A stretch of 64,000 nucleotides of DNA from Schizochytrium sp. TIO01 (Eukaryota; Protista; Bigyra: Labyrinthulomycetes), in contig SMSO01000034.1 in the NCBI GenBank assembly GCA_004764695.1, forward strand, positions 4,216,001 to 4,280,000, in the 5' to 3' direction. Below the pieces are notes generated by a model. It was given only the letters and a program-made list of their open reading frames with translations, searched no databases and was not told the DNA's origin. Below are positions 31,692-41,717 of this stretch, in pieces; position 1 is the first letter of the stretch; every line of letters begins with the position of its first letter. The position numbers were made by a program, and so were the translations under genes.

Positions 31692-33563
31692 TTACAGCTT
31701 TTTAATGAGATAAGCTCCTTCTCCACGAAGTTCGTATCCTAAACGCCTGTAGTAAGAACGGGTACCTACCCCAGCAATAACTGCGAGATACCGCATACCT
31801 GCCAAATGCGAGATTCGTTCAGCTTCTGCCATGAGTTTGCTCCCAAAGCCACTGTGTTGTGCTGCTGGGGTTGCCTGTTGTTGTGAAGGTAACGATTTTG
31901 TTGGAATTAGTTTTCCATAAACATGAAGCTCTCGCACAAGTGCTACACCACCCCCGTTCAATTCAGGAAAAGGTGTTGTCGGGGGTGGGTTTTGGTTAGG
32001 AATTCGTAGTCTTACGAAACCGAAAAGAGTGTCTTCATCAGGCGTTTCGAATGACAGGAAATGTTCAATGCCATCTGAGCTGAGGTAAGATCTCTGGCGT
32101 AAGAAGGCCGTATGAAACTTAGTCGAGTCAAGTCGCACCTCTCGGCACCGGATGCACCGACATTTGAGTCCTCGAGCACGCATTTGATCAACTAGATCTT
32201 GCCGCCAATTTGTCTGACAAACACCCCCAAGAATATATGTACTAGGGATATCGCGCACGATACGATTAAGGCGAATCCATGGGTGAATTTGGGACTTGAG
32301 ATCGATAACAACTTCGGCCAGTTCTTCATCCGAATACGGTGTGTACTCACCACGACTATGCCACTTGGATATAACTGTCCAGGGTGTCACTTCACAAGGA
32401 TAAATTTTCCACTGATCAGCTTGCAGACTAGCGTCATAGAGCATTGTCTGAAACATTTCTTTGTCAGACTCTGGTGTGGCGCCAGGTAAGCTCGGCATTA
32501 GGTGGACATCGATTTTAAAGGCAGCATTTTTGAGTAGCTTGATTGAGCGTTTGGCATCCTCACAAGTGCACCCACGATTGATCTTTGCAAGAATTTTGTC
32601 GTCTGTGGACTGCAAACCAATTTGCACCCTTGTACAGCCGTAGCGACGCAATCGGCGAATCTCGTCATCATCGATGCAGTCAGGTCTCGTCTCGAGCGTG
32701 AGACCAATAATCTTGCACATGGCCTCCTCATTTTCACGCTGCTCATCTTCTAAAGATTTCCTTGGCCGTCTTTTCTCTGGTCTACAAGAAAGAGTATTGG
32801 CAGCATAAAACAAGTCTCTACAGAATGCTTCCTGATATTCGTGCTGGTATGAACTCCAAGTACCGCCCAATACTAGCAATTCTACCTTGTCACATGGATG
32901 TCCGTTCTGCATGAGCACATGTGCCCGGTCTGTAAACTGTAAAACTGGGTCAAAACCATTTTGATTTGCTCTAAGAACTGCGGGTTCGTCACGAAGATAA
33001 GATCTCGGTTGACCAGGCTGGTCCGGACAGTAGTAGCAGTTGTACGCACAAGAGAAGCGCTGTTTGCGTCCATCAACTTCTGGGTATGGGCTCGTGAGTA
33101 CGGTGATGACAAGGACACCTGAATCAGATTTAGACTTTTTGGTAACAAGTGCGTTTTCTACTGCAAGGCACCTGTGGAGGCGGTTTTCTGCGACAAGCGT
33201 ACGGTATCCGTGCAGCAACTTGGCCTTGCGGAGGTTAACGTGAACTTCATGCAAAATGGGCACGAAGAGAGCATTGAAGTTGGCCATAGTATCAGCATCC
33301 ACAAGGCCTAATCTACGCCGATCTTTGGCAGTGAGGTTGGGATCAATGTTGGTGTCTACATCGCCTGATTCCACTCGGTCTACAATAGCGACCACCTCAC
33401 GAAGAACACGTTCGACAATGGGCCATTCGTCAGGCTCCACAAGGCGATCAGTGCGAGCAAAGATGTCCTCTACATCATGATTCTCATACCAGAGCTCGCA
33501 CTCACCCACAGAATTGCTGGCCTTCCCCCCTTCCTGCCACGCGATGCGGCCAGGCACGGACAT
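31692..33563 (-). CDS. ELP3: Elp3-family radical SAM + GNAT tRNA U34 carboxymethyltransferase (non-canonical type), ~623 aa
   Basis: First ATG at 33563 (MSVPGR). Motifs SGVLVITVLTSP, CAYNCYYCP, QPRSYLRDEPAVLRA, VLGGTW, IGLTLETRPD, WIRLNRIVRDIP, CRCIRCREV, VRELHVYG, QHSGFGSKLM and IAGVGTRSYYRRLGY. Confidence 0.92.
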   Translation of the reverse strand: MSVPGRIAWQEGGKASNSVGECELWYENHDVEDIFARTDRLVEPDEWPIVERVLREVVAIVDRVESGDVDTNIDPNLTAKDRRRLGLVDADTMANFNALFVPILHEVHVNLRKAKLLHGYRTLVAENRLHRCLAVENALVTKKSKSDSGVLVITVLTSPYPEVDGRKQRFSCAYNCYYCPDQPGQPRSYLRDEPAVLRANQNGFDPVLQFTDRAHVLMQNGHPCDKVELLVLGGTWSSYQHEYQEAFCRDLFYAANTLSCRPEKRRPRKSLEDEQRENEEAMCKIIGLTLETRPDCIDDDEIRRLRRYGCTRVQIGLQSTDDKILAKINRGCTCEDAKRSIKLLKNAAFKIDVHLMPSLPGATPESDKEMFQTMLYDASLQADQWKIYPCEVTPWTVISKWHSRGEYTPYSDEELAEVVIDLKSQIHPWIRLNRIVRDIPSTYILGGVCQTNWRQDLVDQMRARGLKCRCIRCREVRLDSTKFHTAFLRQRSYLSSDGIEHFLSFETPDEDTLFGFVRLRIPNQNPPPTTPFPELNGGGVALVRELHVYGKLIPTKSLPSQQQATPAAQHSGFGSKLMAEAERISHLAGMRYLAVIAGVGTRSYYRRLGYELRGEGAYLIKKL

Positions 33564-34296
33564 TGCTCGTGCCCACTGAATCAAAGATGGTGCCGATCTG
33601 GTGGTTCTGGGTCTTAATCTAGTTCTAGAAGCTCCTCTTCGAGATAGACTCGCAAAATAATGCAACGAGCTAGTCGTTTGGTTCGTCAATTGATCAGGAA
33701 GCTGACCTGACTTGACGTAAGTTGATTGCTGGTTGCTGCGCTTTGCACGGATTCTTGCTTGTTTTCCTTGACCGCCTCATTTTCTGATATATTATTATTA
33801 TTTCCTGTCAGTCAGTAGTGAAAATGAGAAAACATCAAAATGTTTATCAGCTGGAATGAAGTCTCAAAATCAATATACTAGAGCGCAAACAAAATCAGCA
33901 CGTAGTAGTAAGCTCAGTTAAAAATCTCTCGAGATTCATCTAGCTAGAGGAGCTTTCAAATGCCCATCGACCATCGCTTACCTTGGCTAATTTTCGTTTT
34001 GATAATTATTAATTTTTTAAAATATAATTAAAGTAGCATTTCAATTGTGGCATCTGAAATACAGTAATAATTGAAGGACAAATTCTTTCATTGCGTTCCT
34101 TCTCTTGCCTCCATCGCTCTCACCACTCAAGCTTCGTACAGCAATCCCCAAAGGACGAGTGACGCAGAGTGAGGAGCGCTGCACCAATAGAACTGGCGTT
34201 TTGCACGTCAGGTGTACCTTGAGGATCTTCTTTGGCTGGCGTCGTGTTTCGCTCTACTTCGGAGTTGTCCTTTGGTTGATCATTTGGTTGACTGTC

Positions 34297-36442
34297 ATGG
34301 AGGACTCCAAGGCCGCTGAGGCAGTGCGTGAGGATGGACGCGAAGACGATCAACGACGTGAGGATGGGCGTTATGAACGCCAAGGAGATAGAGATCGGCG
34401 TAAAAAGGATCATCGCAAAAAAGATCGAAGTGGGAGAAGTCGAGACGACAAAGAGAAACGTCGGAGCAGAAAATCTCGGACGCAAGATGACGAAGATACT
34501 GCGGCAAAACGAAAATCAAGATCTGCGAGTGTAAGTTCTAGTTCAAGCTCTTCAAGCTCCAGCTCGTCTGGATCGTCGAGCTCATCGGGATCGTCGAGCG
34601 CTAGCTCCAGCTCGTCAAGCTCATCAGATTCGAGCTCTAGCGCATCTGCAGGATCCAAAACAGGCAAAGATCGGAAAAGCCGGAAAAGCCAAAAATCCTC
34701 ACGTGACAAGCACAAACATCATCGAGATAATCTCGAGCACCACGATGACCGTCGTCATCGCACGAGCTCAAGCCGTAGGGACCGTCGCGATGACTACTAT
34801 CGTGAGCAGGATGAGTCCAGATCAAGTAGAAGCCGAGGACATTCTGAACGTGATCGAAGCAGCAGACGCGACTACGATGATCGTATGAGATCAAGTAATC
34901 GAAGCCGCACCCCTGGACGAAGCTCGCATGATCGCGATCGCCACGATCGCTACAACGATCGGGACCGTTCTGATCGCCACGATCGATATGAGCGCAGCGT
35001 TGACACAGAGCGTGATGCTCGAACAGTCTCTGTAACGCAACTTCAAATTCGTGCTGGCGAACGAGACGTGCGAAAGTTTTTCGCGAGTGTATGCTCTGTG
35101 GAAGATGTGCAACTTTTATATGATCGTCGGGGTCATTCCAAGGGCGTAGCTTATGTAGAGCTAAAGACATTGGAAGACAGGGATCGAGCTCTGCTACTTT
35201 CGGGAAAGCCTTTCATCTTCCGCGATGGCCGGCAGGGTTTTCCGTGCGTAGTGCAGCCTGCATTTGTTTCATCAGCAGCAGCACCATCATCTCATAGCAA
35301 TGATTCTGGGTCCGGGCCAAGACAGGTTCTAGACGATAAACGAATCTCAGAGAACTTTAGACGAATTTATATCTCGAATTTGCTGATGACCTACGAAACA
35401 GAAGACGTTCGCGAATTGTGCACTAAATTTGGCGAGATCCTGACAATTGACTTACCTCGGAAATCCGCTCACCAGGCTACCTCGTGGTTTTGCTTTTGTT
35501 GAGTTCAGTACCACCGCCAGTGCTCATAAAGCCGTACAAGAACTTAATGGCTTCATGAGTGGAGGTCAGCGGCTTCTTGTCAAACCAGCTCGGGACCGTA
35601 GCATTAAACCCTCTTCTGTCACAACTCCAAACCCAGGCCCAAGCAGCTACTCATCGAGAAACCAATCAAGCTATGCGCCAAATAATGCTGGGGCAGGAAC
35701 AAGCAGCAACCTTCATGATCGCCATGCGGCACGCGAACAAAAAGACCACCGTGATCACAACAGCCACAATGGCAACACAGAACCTACCGACACTTCTAAG
35801 AACACAGCAAAGGAGAGTACAACAAGTTGGGCACTTGACGATAGCGCCGCGAATGGCCGGGAGGGTGGTGTAAACCTCTCCTCTGCGGACCGGCTTTCTC
35901 TTATGGCCAAGCTTGGTGGCGGTCGAGGCAGTGAAATGCTTCGCCAAGCAAGTGCAGCGTCCCTTGCTCCTAATGCCCCGCTTTCAGCAAGTGAGCCCAC
36001 TCCTTCTGATGCTGCGTCTCGGACTCTTCCAACAGCTTCTAACCCAGCTCCTGTTATTACAGTGCAGCCAACAGTATCGCTACCAGCATCTACAGAGAAT
36101 TCTGCAAGGTCTCCTAAAGGGAGTTCTGACTCTAGAGGATTAATTACGTGTCAAATTCTCATTTCTAACATGTTTGACCCTAGTCAAGAAGAAGGAGATT
36201 CATGGGCCAAAGAGCTTGATGAAGATCTTTGCGAGGAATGCTCAAATTTTGGCAAGGTTGTCAAGTGCTTGATTGACACCAAAAGTCCCGATGGAAGGGC
36301 TTATATTCAGTTTTCAACAGAGGGAGAGGCTTCCAAAGCTTTGAGTGTGCTCAATGGAAGATGGTTTGACCAGCGCAAGTTGCAGGTAAAGTTTATTCCG
36401 TACTCCGATTTTGCGATGGCATCCAGCCGTCTGGAAAATTGA
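34297..36442 (+). CDS. RBM39: RBM39/CAPER-like splicing factor (RS region, RRM1, RRM2, UHM), ~714 aa, apparent +1 frameshift at ~35461-35463
   Basis: RS/RD-rich N-terminus, ERDARTV..QL and SKGVAYVE (RRM1). RRM2 is split across two frames (IYISNL.. / RGFAFVEF). Linker LSLMAKL, then the UHM LISNMFDP..EEC..FG..LNGRWF. Removing one A from CGG AAA TCC restores IDLPRNPLTRLPRGFAFVEF; 2146-1 nt gives 715 codons. Confidence 0.88.
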
Positions 36443-37084
36443 CGAGTGATTCTTTCGTAAAGCATGGGCAGGCGCAAACTTGTGTCGCGTGATTGACCCG
36501 ATGTCTCCAGCGGAAGCAAAATTAAAGGTTTTACTTTTATTGGTATATTTGGGAAACTATAGTATGCAGAAAACCAACAACAGGAGTTTAAATTAACTGA
36601 TCCAGCAATGCTTACACAGTAAGAAACCAATTAGTACAGTGTATAGGCTTCACGTTTTTTTGTTTTGTTTTTTATTCAGACAGACTCTATTTTCAAAGTT
36701 TGTGCACGACTGACTTTTTGCTCTCGGGTGTTAAATTTATGAGTCTTTGTTTTTTTGTTGTCAAAAGAAATTATGAAACATATCACACCAAGACTAAAAT
36801 CCCCGTTTTTGATTCACAGGATCCTACTCTAAATCTTAAAAAGTAGCTAGTGGGTATGCTATCTGAGTGTGTGAATACAGATTGCACCAATACTCAGTAA
36901 AGTGAGTTATCCCTCTTCTCTTGTAAACCGTCGCTGATTTCGGTTAGTTGGCCCTGCACATGATGGGCGAGTTGGCCAGTCAACAAATAATCAGTCAATG
37001 TCTGGCTGCTTGTTTCACTATCCATTGCGTTCTCCATTATGAATGGACAATTGCCATCTTGAGTTGTCGTCAGAATCCATGCGC

Positions 37085-39280
37085 TCACTTTCCCTTCGCC
37101 GGATTCTTCAACGCTGCAAAAGTCCGAACACGGTCGAATACTTGTTCATCTCCACATTGTGCAGCGACCGCTCTAAGGTCATCTTGGCGCTCAGGTGTCT
37201 GAGAAAGACAGCTACACGCTGGTTCCACAAGCTCACTGAAAACCTTGTCCAAGGCCTCCATGGGGTACTTGGGTTCAGGTAGCATTATCTGCTTGCATTG
37301 TTGAAGAACAAGAACGCACGCGCATCCGCATAAGAACTCATCTGAGGTAGTGTGCAAAATTTGATCCATTAGCCATATCCGACGGGCCTGTACACGCGCT
37401 CGCTCAGTTTTCTTGTCAGCGGGTCGCACTACAAAACAGCATTCGCGACCCGCATCCTGGACGAGCTCTAGCATTTGATCCATCGTCGCCTCTTCATCTT
37501 CGCATGCTTGTAATAATTTCAGCAAGGCAGAACGCGAGCTTGATTCCTTGGGAATTTTTTCTTCTGCGGCATTTCGGCATATGTTAATCGAGTTCCAAGC
37601 CGGATTAAACATAATGCTACCTGCGCTGCAATGACGTACGCCGTTTCGGACACGATGTATATCGTCACCTTCAAGAGGTTCTCCATGTTGTATGCATTGA
37701 TGCTCAACCATAAGTCCTGCTGTGGGCATAACATAGCGAGACTTAAGAATTTGAACAAAGCGTAGATAATCTTTTGCTGGTGTGCTCATGGAAGCAAGGC
37801 GAGTCAGACCCTTGCTATATAATTGAAGCTCAACGTAAAGCTCTGAGAATGATGCCTCAAGCTGACTTTGACGTTGGAACAAAGCTGTAGCGCCACTAAG
37901 AATGACAGAGCTGTTAGCCTCTGCACGAACTTTGGCAAGCTCTTGTTCATAGTGGGGCTTCATCATGCCAACAACCAGATGAAGAAGTTGCTCATCTAAC
38001 TGAGGAAATTCCTCCTGTATAATTTCATCACACGTCAAGGGCCTCGCTGCTGAGGCCTGGGCTTGGCCTTGTGCAGAAGCTTCAATATGAGCTTGAATAG
38101 CATTGAGCAAAGAACAACTTACAACAAATCGTTGCCCAATGAATTGAGTACGGGTCGTGCCCTTTTCACACTTAGATACCAAATCTACAAGGTCTACTTC
38201 GGTCAGTTGATGCGGGACTACACCCTGCCCCAACATGTCGAGCCAGCTACGATTTGAAACTATTTCAAGGATTGCCGATTCCACAGCTTCGATTACTGTT
38301 CCTGAGATTATACAATTAGACAATTCGAATGCATCCGGAAAAGACCTCTGCACAAAGGTAGCCACATTACCAGCCACATGAAAGGAGCGCGCTACGCCGT
38401 ATGGAAGACATTGGTTCTGAGTGAAGTAGCTGTCGACTGCATTGCGCTGTTTATTCGCAAAACTTGTGGGGATAAATTCTCCATGGCGAACCTGGCCCAG
38501 CGTTTCCAAATCGAAGTCTCCCTGCTCAAGCCCGAGATGCTGGTGGTGCGATTGTGAGGTTTTGGATGGCGATGTTTTCACGAGAAGCCGTTCTACTTCC
38601 ACGAGTTCAACCCCAGCGACCTGGGCGACGCGGCTAAGCATCACTGGACGTGTGGTGCCAAGGAGCACACCCCTCACCTTGGCGATTATCATCTCCTCGT
38701 ATGCTCTGGTCCGCAAGGCATGTCCATGAAGGCGCGCATCGTTCAAAATGCCTTTCGCTATGCCCTCATTGATGGTCTCCCTTGCAAACTCCACAGGCAC
38801 TCCATGATCAGCAGAAATCTCACCTAGCGTGAGCATTGGCTTTCCATTGCGAAGAACCTCGTCGATCTCTTTACAAAATGCTTCTCGAAACTCCCCAGAA
38901 ATAATCTCTAGCGCTGTCAAAAATTGTACATCGTGCACTCCTGAGCCATCCTTGTCCTGAGTCTCAACATCTTTGCTTTCCACAAGGCTCTTAGCAAACT
39001 TTTCGATAATGTTGAGATCCAAATCAAGCGCAGATGCGACTTCGTCGAGGCGTACACGCCCCCCCCGTGATCGCAGTTCCGACCAAATTTCTGCATGAAG
39101 CTGCTCCGGTGTCACAAATTCCTTTCCAGAGAGGGAGAAGACAACATCAACCTCGCCAAGTTGCCGTAGCTTAAGGACAAGCTCCACAACGTTGCGGTCT
39201 GATAGTTTGTGTGAGACATCCGCCGTCTGCGCCACCTCAAGAGCTCGAGCAAGCTCTTCTAGCTCTGCATCGACGTCCAT
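37085..39280 (-). CDS. UFL1: E3 UFM1-protein ligase 1
   Basis: The N-terminus ELEELARALEVAQ..KLSDRNVVELVLKL..SGKEFVTPEQL..EL..RGGRV is the UFL1 signature; also QRNAVDSYFTQN and DKKTER. Confidence 0.9.
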   Translation of the reverse strand: MDVDAELEELARALEVAQTADVSHKLSDRNVVELVLKLRQLGEVDVVFSLSGKEFVTPEQLHAEIWSELRSRGGRVRLDEVASALDLDLNIIEKFAKSLVESKDVETQDKDGSGVHDVQFLTALEIISGEFREAFCKEIDEVLRNGKPMLTLGEISADHGVPVEFARETINEGIAKGILNDARLHGHALRTRAYEEMIIAKVRGVLLGTTRPVMLSRVAQVAGVELVEVERLLVKTSPSKTSQSHHQHLGLEQGDFDLETLGQVRHGEFIPTSFANKQRNAVDSYFTQNQCLPYGVARSFHVAGNVATFVQRSFPDAFELSNCIISGTVIEAVESAILEIVSNRSWLDMLGQGVVPHQLTEVDLVDLVSKCEKGTTRTQFIGQRFVVSCSLLNAIQAHIEASAQGQAQASAARPLTCDEIIQEEFPQLDEQLLHLVVGMMKPHYEQELAKVRAEANSSVILSGATALFQRQSQLEASFSELYVELQLYSKGLTRLASMSTPAKDYLRFVQILKSRYVMPTAGLMVEHQCIQHGEPLEGDDIHRVRNGVRHCSAGSIMFNPAWNSINICRNAAEEKIPKESSSRSALLKLLQACEDEEATMDQMLELVQDAGRECCFVVRPADKKTERARVQARRIWLMDQILHTTSDEFLCGCACVLVLQQCKQIMLPEPKYPMEALDKVFSELVEPACSCLSQTPERQDDLRAVAAQCGDEQVFDRVRTFAALKNPAKGK

Positions 39281-40124
39281 GCCGCCTCTGTAACCACACC
39301 GGAAGACCCTAGCCTCGTATCACTATTACTTGTGTCCTTCAAATCTGTCCTTTCTTTGTTTATTCGTGTACTCCAGTGCTTGGTTGTTTTCGTCTTTGCC
39401 TGAGATAAAGAAATGCTTGCGTTGGATGCCATTCTACACTTAAATAATAGGCTTAGTGCCAACAAATTGGCAAATTATGAAAGATGTACTCAATCAAGTT
39501 AAGAATACTCACATAATCGAGGATACAGGCTCCAGGTACACTGTGGATTTTGTCTTCCCCAAAGTTTCGAATTAAAGCATCGGTTCGGTCTTTGGTAAGC
39601 ATTTCAAGCATTGCAGTATATCGAACATTTCACAATGAATTTAGAATTTAACCTTCTCCAAACTCTCGCGGCTCGAAAGTCGCTTTTCCTAATTAAATAT
39701 CCAATAGTTAGTTATTATAGCTTTAGTTTAATTAGTCTTAGTATTCCTTTCGTTTCTAATTATTGTCTCCTTCTTGTTTTTTGATAAATCTTCTGAAGGA
39801 ACTTGAAGAAATAAATTAAAAACTTATTTAGATCGGAGGTTGATCTTTGATCAAAACCAAAACTACTCGAACGCCATTAGCTAAAGCAGGCACCGACGGT
39901 GACTTTGGCCTTCTTTAGATAGGGTAAGGCGACAGCTCAATACTACTCAGTGCACATCACGAGGTGATTGTACCAACATCCTTTAAGGTGTCCTGTAGAA
40001 ACCGGGACTGCTGCAGAGATAAGCTTCTGTCGCCCACGGAACTTCAACCTAGATTCCACCTGCAAACCCTGAAGTAAGCTCAAGAGACCTTGAATAGACT
40101 AAGCGCTGTGCACCGTGCATAAGG

Positions 40125-41441
40125 ATGAGTTCTGCAAACTGGCAACCGTCTTCTTGGGCGGACTTCGTGGCAGTGGGCCATATATGCAGGAAAGGGGGAG
40201 ATGGAGAAAATTTGGAGCAAGCTGCAACATTTATAGAGAAGTTCGCTGCGGAACGCAGTGAGGAAGACATGAGGCGCGAGCTTGAACAAATGGCTCGGGA
40301 GAAACTTGGAGCAATGGGAAGGCTTGCTCTGTGTGATTTGTCTTTGCTTAATAAAACTTCAGATGTGCTTATGGCCGCTGTACATGTGCAAGTCCTGGGA
40401 AACCAAGAAGACCTAAACCTCTGCATGACGCCGGTTGGCACTGCACACGATGACGATGACGATGATGATGACGACAAGGAAGACGATATGAAGCCCTCCA
40501 GTCAGTGGGACATGGCAAAACAATGGCCCGAGATCTTTCCAGATGGCTGGCTCGTGAGTAAACCTCGTTCTTATTCCATTCGATATAAGCTTTCCGTACC
40601 GGGAGACTTGGCTCGTGAGGCCAAAGTCGCTGGTAAGACGATGGTGATCAAAGGCGTTGCAATGAGCTCTAATATATTGCTTGTAAGCGCAATGCTTGAG
40701 GCCTCTGGTATTGATGGAAACCCTATTTCTGCTTCTCTAACTGTGGGCGATTATGTTGCAAGCACTGGAGGTAAGAGTGCTGTAGAGGCTGCTCTCCAAG
40801 ATTCTAGAACTGGTCTTTGTGGTTTGCTTCCCACTGCAAGTGCGTTACAATTAGGAGAAGTCGTACGGAATCAGATCCTCCGTCCACTACTAGCACAAAT
40901 CTTACCTCCTGTGGATACATCAGCTACTGGCAGTAGCAGAGATACCGACTCTCAGGATCGCGATGGTTCTACACGTTCATGGCGTAGGGAATCTAACGGT
41001 TCACGTGGATCCGGACTTGAAGTTCCCTCGCGTTTGAGTGATCCACGTCGAAGCCTTCGCGTGCCGCGGATGGGAGGCCCTGGCGGTTTCGGGGACGATT
41101 TGTTACCCGGCGGAGGGTTTGGCCAGGGCGGTATGCTCTTTGGACCTGGCAATGCGGCCTTTGATGGTCGCTTTGGACCCGGTGGGGGACGTGGTCTTGG
41201 AGGTCACGGATTTGATGATGATGATGATGATGGTTTCATGGGTAGTGTGCCTCCTGGAGCTCGCTTTGACCCATATGGTCCACCTGGAGTGGGTGGCATG
41301 GGTGGGCAGCCTGGCCCACGGAACTTTCGTGGCTCAAGAAATATGGGCCGTGGAGGGGCTGGGCCTGGACGCAACTTTTCAGGTGAGCCGGACCCAGATC
41401 ACTTACGACCGCCTTTTGGCTCAGATGACATGTTCTCTTAA
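40125..41441 (+). CDS. PSMF1: Proteasome regulator PI31
   Basis: FP-domain-like middle (AAVH..L..W..YSIRY) and a G/P-rich tail with DDLLPG, GGMLFGP, VPPGARFDPYGP, GEPDPDHLRPP and terminal DDMFS. Confidence 0.85.
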   Translation: MSSANWQPSSWADFVAVGHICRKGGDGENLEQAATFIEKFAAERSEEDMRRELEQMAREKLGAMGRLALCDLSLLNKTSDVLMAAVHVQVLGNQEDLNLCMTPVGTAHDDDDDDDDDKEDDMKPSSQWDMAKQWPEIFPDGWLVSKPRSYSIRYKLSVPGDLAREAKVAGKTMVIKGVAMSSNILLVSAMLEASGIDGNPISASLTVGDYVASTGGKSAVEAALQDSRTGLCGLLPTASALQLGEVVRNQILRPLLAQILPPVDTSATGSSRDTDSQDRDGSTRSWRRESNGSRGSGLEVPSRLSDPRRSLRVPRMGGPGGFGDDLLPGGGFGQGGMLFGPGNAAFDGRFGPGGGRGLGGHGFDDDDDDGFMGSVPPGARFDPYGPPGVGGMGGQPGPRNFRGSRNMGRGGAGPGRNFSGEPDPDHLRPPFGSDDMFS

Positions 41442-41717
41442 AACTGGAAACTCAAAGTTGAATCTTAACTGAGGTTTCAGGTGCACTGCACTTTGACCTT
41501 TCAATCAAATCGTCACTACTTTCATGTCTTTTTTTTGCCTTGTTAGAATAATTTCTATGGCATGAAAGCAATAACAAACCCTCTCTATAGAAGAATTACT
41601 TCAACTTATTTTTCGATTTTTAAAAGAAGACAATTCTTAGTTTTAAAACTACTAATCAAACTCTGGTATGTTTTCAATACTATATTTTGAAGAGACTAAA
41701 CCATCTCTTGGCGAGTA

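Noticed and set aside
34105-34296. TTG-initiated N-terminal extension of RBM39 (likewise the non-ATG starts at 152, 33689, 43520, 44835, 48719)
   Set aside because: Artefacts of a prokaryotic start-codon table; eukaryotic ATG starts were used instead.
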